From: an uncultured virus (IMG/VR IMGVR_UViG_3300027969_000051)
Taxonomy: Duplodnaviria > Heunggongvirae > Uroviricota > Caudoviricetes
Reading direction: 5' to 3' (one strand)
IMG/VR virus record: IMGVR_UViG_3300027969_000051
DNA: 64,000 nt
The translations under genes and the position numbers were made by a program. The notes beneath the pieces were generated by a model. It ran no database searches. It was not told where the DNA came from and worked only from the letters and a program-made list of their open reading frames with translations. Of this stretch, positions 9,557 through 16,832 are shown in pieces. Position 1 is the stretch's first letter. Each line of letters starts with the position of its first letter.

Positions 9557-10470
9557 TACTTGCTAGGTGCTAGATTAAGTTTGGTATTCCATGGTCGGTC
9601 TTTAGTAGGAGCATCTACTACACCTGCTCTTGGCCCGGGATCACCAAATTTTGGTGGCGGTCCAATTGGAGTATCCTGATACGGCACATCCGGGGTATCT
9701 GGTTTTTCTTTACCTGGAGGTAATTGTCCGTGCGTTACAATATATTTTAGATCACTTATTATTTCACCAGATTTAATATATTTAAATGCATCTAACATGC
9801 TGCCACCAACAGCCTCAACTATAATATCATGGATGACTACAAACGCAATCGCCTGATTCCATTTAGGATCATTAGCCACCTTCTGAAAAAATTCGTATCG
9901 TACAACATTAGTCATACCGCCAATAGCATCATCAACAAATTTAAACGGCCCTGTAAAGAAGCTGCCTAGCTTATTGCCAAACCCTTTGATCACCACAGCA
10001 CCAATGCCGTTGGTAATTAACTTAGCTGACAGTTGAGTAAGTTCCTGAGCAACATTACCTTCATACTCTTTTTCGCTTATTTTTTTAGCTGTGAGCTTTT
10101 CATTTTCTGTAGCAATGGCCCTAACGCAATTTCTGATCGGATCATATATTGCAGGCACTGTGCTGAATAAAGTTGTTGCCCAACTTAGATTTGCAACAAT
10201 ATCATTGTAGTGCAGACCCAGTCTAAAGCCCGCTACAGTAGTCGATCCAACTGCTCGTTCAAGAGCCGCATTCCAAATTCCTCGTATTTCCGATGCTGAA
10301 AAATTGCCATTGGCAATCATTTGTCGTATACGTGGAGTAGCTACATCGGCAAGACTTGATATAGACATACCGCTATTTTTAAGCACTTGAATCTCTGCGG
10401 CAATCTCTTTAACTAAAAGTTTAGCCGCATCTGTCCTAATGTCTTCAAAGATTATTTCGTGGATTTTCAT
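9553..10470 (-). CDS. Hypothetical late protein, possible internal head protein
   Basis: 305 aa; GATAAATA at 10479-10486; N-terminus MKIHEIIFE; Pro-rich C-terminus. Confidence 0.6.
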   Translation of the reverse strand: MKIHEIIFEDIRTDAAKLLVKEIAAEIQVLKNSGMSISSLADVATPRIRQMIANGNFSASEIRGIWNAALERAVGSTTVAGFRLGLHYNDIVANLSWATTLFSTVPAIYDPIRNCVRAIATENEKLTAKKISEKEYEGNVAQELTQLSAKLITNGIGAVVIKGFGNKLGSFFTGPFKFVDDAIGGMTNVVRYEFFQKVANDPKWNQAIAFVVIHDIIVEAVGGSMLDAFKYIKSGEIISDLKYIVTHGQLPPGKEKPDTPDVPYQDTPIGPPPKFGDPGPRAGVVDAPTKDRPWNTKLNLAPSKY

Positions 10471-10478
10471 TGTAATTC

Positions 10479-10486
10479 TATTTATC
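10479..10486 (-). promoter_or_regulatory. Late promoter GATAAATA
   Basis: 8 nt upstream of ATG at 10470. Confidence 0.65.
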
Positions 10487-10487
10487 G

Positions 10488-10950
10488 AGATGAACTACGT
10501 TCATCTGTGTTTTTCGCTAGAGCTCAAACACAGCTATTTCTTTTAATGATTAAGTAATCAAGTGCGAAGCACTTAGATATTATCTAGATTGTTCAGTCAC
10601 ACTTTGCCCTGGCCGGGCAAAGCGATTGACATTATCTGAGTTGAACATGTCACACTAGCGTTACACTATTACAGAGGCGGTCGTCCGGTACCTCGAAGTG
10701 CGTCTTTATACGACGGCAGTCTGTGGGCATACGCTAACACGCACACAAACGTAGGGTTTTTCTCCCTTCTTTTAGCCTGGTCAAATCTCTATTCTTACAG
10801 TTCAAACGGGTTAAAGGCTTATCCCATCATCATCCTTGCGGGTAGTGAAACTGCTACTCTACGCCAATTAGAGTTCCTTGCCGTCACACATCAGAACGGA
10901 TTCAGGGCACAATACTATCGCCTGTGCGGGCTTATTTGGCGTTATTTTGC
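10488..10950 (-). ncRNA. Candidate large structured non-coding RNA (or structured replication origin) downstream of the GIY-YIG gene
   Basis: Only long ORF-free gap in a densely coding window; at least 10 hand-identified stems; two GTGTGAC...GATAAT units; no family recognised. Confidence 0.6.
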
Positions 10951-11385
10951 CTAGTTTTCTTGGAGTTTGCGAATATGTGAACCGTGTACACGCACTTGAA
11001 TATGACCGTTATAATAGTCATTTGATTCTAGTACTCTGCGTGAAAACTGTTCTCTAGCCTCTATGTATGAGCATTCTGCCTTGGATTTACAATAGAAAAG
11101 TATTTCTCTACGAAATTTTTCTGTACCTAACTGCGTAACATCTTCGGTTAGCGCCGGCGAACTACCGTAATAGTCCTGCCAATCGCTGTCAATTTTGCTA
11201 CGGATTCGCTTTTTTTTCTTAGTGCCGTTCTTGAGTTTTACTGTTTTATAGGTAGTTTTTGAGAATTTAGCTAGTTTTTTGCCTATGTACATGCGTCCTG
11301 ACTGTGTGTTGGTGATAAGATATACAAATCCCACGCAATCTTCGGGTAGTGTTTCGACGAGTTGATCTTGATAGTACCATGACAT
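10951..11385 (-). CDS. Short GIY-YIG superfamily nuclease with a basic insertion
   Basis: GFVYLITN...GRMYIGKK, YYGSS, YIEAREQ, YYNG; Lys-rich insert KTVKLKNGTKKKKRIRSK. Confidence 0.8.
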   Translation of the reverse strand: MSWYYQDQLVETLPEDCVGFVYLITNTQSGRMYIGKKLAKFSKTTYKTVKLKNGTKKKKRIRSKIDSDWQDYYGSSPALTEDVTQLGTEKFRREILFYCKSKAECSYIEAREQFSRRVLESNDYYNGHIQVRVHGSHIRKLQEN

Positions 11386-11388
11386 CAA

Positions 11389-11655
11389 CTAGTTACCGTC
11401 TACACCACCTCCTGTTGAGCCTTTTTGAGCGAGCCTTTTTGTCTTGCGTTCTTTTAATTTTTCTAATTTTTCCACTTGCCACTCGCGAATGTCTTTTCGT
11501 CGAGCAGAGCAGATGCGCCTAATGTCACTGAGCCTGTGACGAAGTCGTACAGAGCTGGCATGCGTAGCTTCTCCCTGCCACTTTTGATTTTCCTCAAAGT
11601 AGGCTTTGAAAGCTCGCATGAGTTCAGCATGCAGTTGTTCGTCTTGCGATTTCAC
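11389..11655 (-). CDS. Small basic helical protein, resembles the Hc1 histone-H1-like family
   Basis: F..Y..EN.KW...ASSVRLRHRLSDIRRICSARRKDI pattern; Lys/Arg-rich. Confidence 0.5.
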   Translation of the reverse strand: MKSQDEQLHAELMRAFKAYFEENQKWQGEATHASSVRLRHRLSDIRRICSARRKDIREWQVEKLEKLKERKTKRLAQKGSTGGGVDGN

Positions 11656-11858
11656 TTTTTATCTTTTGCTTCTTTATACAGCTCGGGATCTTGAAACTGC
11701 GCCGGATATCGCACATCTAGATACCTAAACCATCTTATAGATTTCCAATAGGTTGCAAACAGGTTGTTTACTATCAAGATCCCGCAGGTGATAATACATA
11801 AACCCATGCACACTAATATTGATGCCGCTAAAAATACGGCAGCTTGATCCATTGTCAT
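11652..11858 (-). CDS. Small membrane protein
   Basis: One hydrophobic segment (AAVFLAASILVCMGLCIITCGILIV); 4-bp overlaps with both neighbours. Confidence 0.6.
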   Translation of the reverse strand: MTMDQAAVFLAASILVCMGLCIITCGILIVNNLFATYWKSIRWFRYLDVRYPAQFQDPELYKEAKDKK

Positions 11859-13633
11859 TCTGTTACCTCTAAATCTGTTGCGTAACTGGTAAACCCATTC
11901 TCTTTGATCACCTTGAGCACGTTGTTTACTCGTCCAATCAGCTCGTCTTTGTGTGAAATTAAGAATATGTTCTTCTTACGTTCACGAGCCATGCGTTTTA
12001 ATACTGCCAGGGCACTTTCAACACCGCTGGCATCGAGACCGTTGTCTACTAACTCGTCAACAAACAACAAGTTAATCTGTTGATATAGGCTTTCCCACAC
12101 ATCGCGGAAGGCCCAACTTAGACCTAATATAAGTCTATTACGTTCACCTCTGCTCAAGTTATCAAAGTCCAAGTCCTGCCCTAGCTGTGTAATTTCAACA
12201 GTGAGGTCATTTTGGAATATAACTGTGTGAGGCAAGCCCATACGATCAAGATAGAATGTCAACCGATTGTTCAAGTAGGCTAAGTTTTGATCGATAATCT
12301 TTTTACGTATAAAGGAATCCTTGCTGGTCAGCAAGCGTAGCAGGAATTCTTGATGCTCTTTGAGATTAGTCAGTTCATTTACCTTGTCCCATGATACATC
12401 CTGCATGGCAGTATGCCGAAGTTCGTCGATCTGTTCTTGATAAGGATCTGACTCTCCAACTTTGATAGTGAGGTTAGTTTCTAAACTGCTAAGATTGTTT
12501 TGATGTTTAAGTGCCTGCTCAACAGTATCGTAATAGGTATTAGGTCGATTGCTGACTTCACCTAGTGCGGCAATTTCCGTGTTAATTTTAGCTAGATCTT
12601 TTGTAACTTTATCAAAGTACTTTTGCGCTTCAGCCAAATGTGTAGTAGCTTCAGCAGACATTTCCTCATGCTTGTGGTCATGTAGATCTTGTTCGCAAGC
12701 GTGACACTTTTTATCCTGCAACTTAGCAAGCTCGCCAGCGTACTTTTTTACGCTTCGCTCCGCTTGCGCTGTCGCGCTATCTAACGTAGCCCTCTCCTTA
12801 GCGAGGCTTTTCAGCTTCGCTGCCTTTTCTTCGAAAAGTTTTAGCTCGCTGTGCTTGGCAAGTTCAGCTTCGATGTCTACACTTTCTAATTCTATAATCG
12901 CACGGCCAATTTTTTCTAACTCTTGCTCGTGCTGAGTGTTCCATGCATGTTGTCTAGTAATTAAACTGTCGATGCTTTGTTGTATCTTATCGTTAGATCT
13001 TTTAGCGGCCTCTATATCTGCATTTTCCTGGAATATTTCATCCTTGGTGATTCGAGTAAGTTCTTTTAATGACTCTGCTTTTTCACTTAACAAAGTAATG
13101 CCTAGCAGTTGCTCAATGATTATTCTTTGATCATTGGCCTTCATACTCAGGAACGGCTCAGTATAGGTGTTAAGTGCTACAACGTGTTTGAACATGTCGT
13201 GACTCATGCCCAGCAAGTCATCTAAGTCCTTCTGGGTTTCACGCATATCTCCCTGTGCATCATCGGTTTCTGCGGTGTCCTGTGCTTGATCGTTGACATA
13301 GAACTGTAGCAAGGTTGGTTTACGACCACGTTCGATGCGATATTCAGTGTTGTCTTTTTCAAACGTAAGGGTAACTAACATATTTTTGTTGTTAATCTTA
13401 TTAATAAGATTATCTTTTTTAATGTTAGTTAAAGCGTTACCGTAGAGCGCATAACTTAAAGCATTAACGATTGTAGTTTTACCAGTACCGTTTCTGCTAC
13501 CGCTATCGTCTCCACCTTGATCTAAGTTTTCACCTAGTACTAGGGTTAAGTTTGCTTTTGTAAAGTCTACGGCCTGGGTTTGATTACCCACACTCATAAA
13601 GTTTTTAACTGTTAATTCTTTTATTTTTATCAT
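11855..13633 (-). CDS. gp46: Recombination ATPase subunit, gp46/SbcC/Rad50-like
   Basis: KNFMSVG, Walker A NGTGKTT, zinc hook CHAC, signature LSRGE, Walker B LLFVDE, ISH. Confidence 0.95.
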   Translation of the reverse strand: MIKIKELTVKNFMSVGNQTQAVDFTKANLTLVLGENLDQGGDDSGSRNGTGKTTIVNALSYALYGNALTNIKKDNLINKINNKNMLVTLTFEKDNTEYRIERGRKPTLLQFYVNDQAQDTAETDDAQGDMRETQKDLDDLLGMSHDMFKHVVALNTYTEPFLSMKANDQRIIIEQLLGITLLSEKAESLKELTRITKDEIFQENADIEAAKRSNDKIQQSIDSLITRQHAWNTQHEQELEKIGRAIIELESVDIEAELAKHSELKLFEEKAAKLKSLAKERATLDSATAQAERSVKKYAGELAKLQDKKCHACEQDLHDHKHEEMSAEATTHLAEAQKYFDKVTKDLAKINTEIAALGEVSNRPNTYYDTVEQALKHQNNLSSLETNLTIKVGESDPYQEQIDELRHTAMQDVSWDKVNELTNLKEHQEFLLRLLTSKDSFIRKKIIDQNLAYLNNRLTFYLDRMGLPHTVIFQNDLTVEITQLGQDLDFDNLSRGERNRLILGLSWAFRDVWESLYQQINLLFVDELVDNGLDASGVESALAVLKRMARERKKNIFLISHKDELIGRVNNVLKVIKENGFTSYATDLEVTE

Positions 13634-14643
13634 AAGCTATTATAAATTGCCAATAAGGTATTCTTGTCAAACTTGTCGGAATCGATATTGATAATCTGAT
13701 TGCTTACAATTTGATCTATACTTTCAAAAGCCTGTATATCTATACTAGTATTAATTTCAATTTCTTTCTTCTCTGCAATTAATGTAAGTTCCCGAATGTC
13801 ATAATCCGCAATAAACTTTTCTTTAATAAAGCTAGCTTCTTCAAAGGTAATATCAATGTCTAAGGCAACACGAAGGTGTTGTTTAGGCTTAATAATAGTA
13901 CTGGCATCGTCGATTAGCTGACTTAGTTTAACTGTGCGGAATGTAGGTTGGTTAGGCCAAGTATGATATTCCGGTTTGCCACCCCATTCTAGTATCATCA
14001 TGCCGCGATCGTCATCCCATGCATCTGAATAATTATGCGGAAATGCGTTGCCGATGTAAATCATATTTTCGTTCTGCTGGCGCTTGTGGAAATGTCCGCT
14101 AAAACCTAGTTCAAAGCCGTGGAACGCATCTACTTGTAATTCGCCGTGGTCTGGCATTTGCACCATGGCGTTCATAAAGAACTTGGGCAATTCAAAATGA
14201 CCAAAGCAATACTTGCCCTTCATGGTCTTTATTCTTTTCCATTCGTCTCCAACAAGCCAGGGACATAATGTAACACCGCCGATAGTAGTAGGCTCGTGTA
14301 CAACAGTAATGCCGGGAATATACTTGCCAAATTCAACTGAATGAATGTCCCGTTTATCTTTGTAGTACAAATCATGATTGCCAGGAAAAAAGTAAAAATT
14401 ATCAAATGCTTGACCCAATTTTTCCAAGGCACGTAAGCTATAATCCATCGTAGTGATATTAAGACTATTGCGATTATGATGCCAATCACCCATAAAGATA
14501 CCTGTATCACAGCCTTCCTCCTTTGCCTTAGCAATGTACCAATCTACAAAATCCTCACAGTCTTGGTTGTGTACCGAGCTGTTAGATTTTAATCCAAAAT
14601 GTATGTCTGTAAAACAGGCTATCTTTTTGAACAAATTACTCAT
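13630..14643 (-). CDS. gp47: Recombination nuclease subunit, gp47/SbcD/Mre11-like
   Basis: Metallophosphoesterase motifs DIHFG, GDWHH, GNHD, GHFE, SGHFH. Confidence 0.95.
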   Translation of the reverse strand: MSNLFKKIACFTDIHFGLKSNSSVHNQDCEDFVDWYIAKAKEEGCDTGIFMGDWHHNRNSLNITTMDYSLRALEKLGQAFDNFYFFPGNHDLYYKDKRDIHSVEFGKYIPGITVVHEPTTIGGVTLCPWLVGDEWKRIKTMKGKYCFGHFELPKFFMNAMVQMPDHGELQVDAFHGFELGFSGHFHKRQQNENMIYIGNAFPHNYSDAWDDDRGMMILEWGGKPEYHTWPNQPTFRTVKLSQLIDDASTIIKPKQHLRVALDIDITFEEASFIKEKFIADYDIRELTLIAEKKEIEINTSIDIQAFESIDQIVSNQIINIDSDKFDKNTLLAIYNSL

Positions 14644-15470
14644 TCAGGTGTGCCTTCTTCGAATCGTTTAACTGCATTTGCATGGTCCGCCGCACCAGTT
14701 CTACTGTAGCTAGGGTTCATGCCATTCATTTCTAAAATATCATCACGGATATTCTGATTACGTTTTTCAATGTTAATAACACGAACAAAACTATTAGTCA
14801 CAGCCGCAGTAAAATAAGCAAATGGATTGTCAGATTTGCTTTCATCAAACTGTAATCCAATCTGTGTTAACTGTAGAATAGCCTGTCCTTTCATCTCATC
14901 GTTGTAGGTATATCCGCGAACGTTGCCGCGAGTAGCGTACCTCTCACATAACTTTAACATCATTCTTGCTAAAGTTGGAGTAATTTGGCCTGCATCTTTA
15001 TCAAAATGCCCTTTCTCTAGGTCGCCCTTCCAATGACTCTTACCTACGCACACCAGTTGATCTTCTTCGTTAAACTTCCAATGCTGGAACGGCGGAAAGT
15101 TAACTTTATCTCTATGATCTGCTAGACTTTTTGGATTCTTTTTTCGAACATTGTTCAATGGAATATGATCATATGTCATAACACGAAATACAACATCTAG
15201 TTTTTGGATCTTTTTATAGTCAACTTCGCAGTCTGCTTGTTTGACTTTTTCTCCTGCTTTTTTACGAGTTTGATATTCCAAATCGCCAATGCGTTTAGCA
15301 CGGTTTCTTTTGGCTTCTGCAATGCTTCGAATGTTTATTTTATCAGTACTTGGTATAATTAGATCGTACTGATGAAACTCTGATTGGGTAAACACACAAT
15401 ACGAACTTTTCGAACGATGTATTTCTAACAACATATCCTTGTTGTTTAGGTAATTTACTTTAGCTGTCAT
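14640..15470 (-). CDS. gp55: Late-transcription sigma factor, gp55-like, enlarged
   Basis: NYLNNKDML, GYTYNDEM, FDESKSDNPFAYFT, FVRVINIEKR; T4 55-47-46 gene order. Confidence 0.9.
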   Translation of the reverse strand: MTAKVNYLNNKDMLLEIHRSKSSYCVFTQSEFHQYDLIIPSTDKINIRSIAEAKRNRAKRIGDLEYQTRKKAGEKVKQADCEVDYKKIQKLDVVFRVMTYDHIPLNNVRKKNPKSLADHRDKVNFPPFQHWKFNEEDQLVCVGKSHWKGDLEKGHFDKDAGQITPTLARMMLKLCERYATRGNVRGYTYNDEMKGQAILQLTQIGLQFDESKSDNPFAYFTAAVTNSFVRVINIEKRNQNIRDDILEMNGMNPSYSRTGAADHANAVKRFEEGTPE

Positions 15471-15492
15471 TAATTCATTCTCCGGATGTTAT

Positions 15493-15521
15493 ATTATAAA
15501 CTACGTACATTAAAAAGTCAA
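15493..15521 (-). promoter_or_regulatory. Sigma70-type promoter for the gp55-47-46 operon
   Basis: TTGACT-17 bp-TATAAT on the minus strand. Confidence 0.85.
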
Positions 15522-15528
15522 CTAAATA
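15521..15528 (+). promoter_or_regulatory. Late promoter (ACTAAATA) for the baseplate operon
   Basis: TAAATA core about 25 nt before ATG at 15553; TAAACTAC 18 nt upstream. Confidence 0.55.
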
Positions 15529-15552
15529 TTATACCAAAAGGGGAATAATAAT

Positions 15553-16527
15553 ATGGCAATAACTGGAAGGCAAATAAGTGCTACAACTGGAGCAATTGGT
15601 GCTGGAGCCGCGGCAGTAAACACCGCAAGTAATCTAGCATCCGCATTTTCAGGAGCGGCAAATGTTGGCACAGCTATCCGAAGTATCAATTTACCCTCCG
15701 CAGGAGAGGCGATTGGTGACATATATAGTGCTGTTGCTGCCTTTGGAGGCGATGCAGCCGCAAATGATTGGCGTGTCAGATTAAGTCTCCCTACGTGGCC
15801 TAGTTTTAGAACTAGTCCGGTTTTAGAACCTTTAAAAGATGCAGGCGGATTGGTGTTTCCATACACTCCGCAGATTACTATGACCAGTTCGGCAACATAT
15901 AATACTATTAAAACTGTTCATACGAACTACCAGTTTCAAGCATATCAGTCTAGCGACCCGGGCGAAATACAAATTACTGCACCAATGAACGTTGAGGATG
16001 CAAGCCAAGGATTATATTGGATCGCAGCCATGCATTATTTACGTAGCCTAACAAAAATGTTTACAGGAACTGATCCTAAGGCAGGCAATCCTCCTCCGAT
16101 TGTATTTCTAAACGGTTACGGTAATTATGTTTTTAAAAATATACCTGTTGTAGTAAAAAGTTTTCAGGCAACGCTAGATGATAAATCGGATTATATTAGT
16201 GTTCCAGTAGTCGGTAGTGCCGCCGGAGCAATTCAGGGAGCCGCTGATACCGCCGCCGCACTAGCCGAGACGCTCGGCGGCGTGTTTGGTACAAATGCAA
16301 TTACTGATACAGTTAGTGAAGTTGCAGGAGGGATCGGCCAAGTTGCAGCCTTAGGCGCACTGCTTGGCATAGGCGGTTCATCATCTGGCGGAATTAGTTA
16401 TGTACCTGCAAAGAGTAGTTTCACTATTACATTGATGCCGATGTACAGTCGAAATAGTGCTCGTAGGTTCAGTCTTGACAGGTTTGTTGAAGGCGGATAT
16501 CTTACTAGTGGTTTTGGATATATTTAA
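15553..16527 (+). CDS. Baseplate tail-tube initiator/cap (gp48/gp54-like)
   Basis: GLVFPYTPQI, GNPPPIVFLNGYG..VFKNIPVVVKSF tube-fold motifs; first gene of the baseplate cluster. Confidence 0.7.
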   Translation: MAITGRQISATTGAIGAGAAAVNTASNLASAFSGAANVGTAIRSINLPSAGEAIGDIYSAVAAFGGDAAANDWRVRLSLPTWPSFRTSPVLEPLKDAGGLVFPYTPQITMTSSATYNTIKTVHTNYQFQAYQSSDPGEIQITAPMNVEDASQGLYWIAAMHYLRSLTKMFTGTDPKAGNPPPIVFLNGYGNYVFKNIPVVVKSFQATLDDKSDYISVPVVGSAAGAIQGAADTAAALAETLGGVFGTNAITDTVSEVAGGIGQVAALGALLGIGGSSSGGISYVPAKSSFTITLMPMYSRNSARRFSLDRFVEGGYLTSGFGYI

Positions 16528-16528
16528 T

Positions 16529-16831
16529 ATGGCAGCTAATTACCTAAATAACAGTCCTTATTTTAATACACCGATAGTTAGAAACTATCTTAGTATTTTA
16601 GAAATTAGGCCAGTGAGTGCAGATGTAGATGATTTTCTCTACACAATAGAACCTCAATATACCTACCGACCAGATTTACTAGCGTATGACCTGTATGGTG
16701 ATGCTAAGTTATGGTGGGTGTTTATACAACGTAACTTAGATGTAATACAAGATCCTATTTTAGATTTTGTTCCTGGCAAGCAAATTTACATTTGCAAATT
16801 AAGCGGGCTAACCTCGGCCCTGGGACTATAA
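16529..16831 (+). CDS. gp53: Baseplate wedge protein, gp53-like (LysM-like)
   Basis: YRPDLLAYDLYGDAKLWWVF..RN motif; start reassigned to ATG at 16529. Confidence 0.8.
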   Translation: MAANYLNNSPYFNTPIVRNYLSILEIRPVSADVDDFLYTIEPQYTYRPDLLAYDLYGDAKLWWVFIQRNLDVIQDPILDFVPGKQIYICKLSGLTSALGL

Positions 16832-16832
16832 T

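Noticed and set aside
10488..10950. Group I/II intron, RNase P RNA, tmRNA or tRNA cluster
   Set aside because: I could not find group I P7 motifs, group II domain V, RNase P GAGGAAAGUCC or tRNA T-loop/CCA ends, and the flanking ORFs are complete. An Infernal search is still needed.
10951..11385. Ordinary mobile homing endonuclease
   Set aside because: No C-terminal DNA-binding domain and no interrupted host gene; not fully excluded, and an endonuclease II-like role remains possible.
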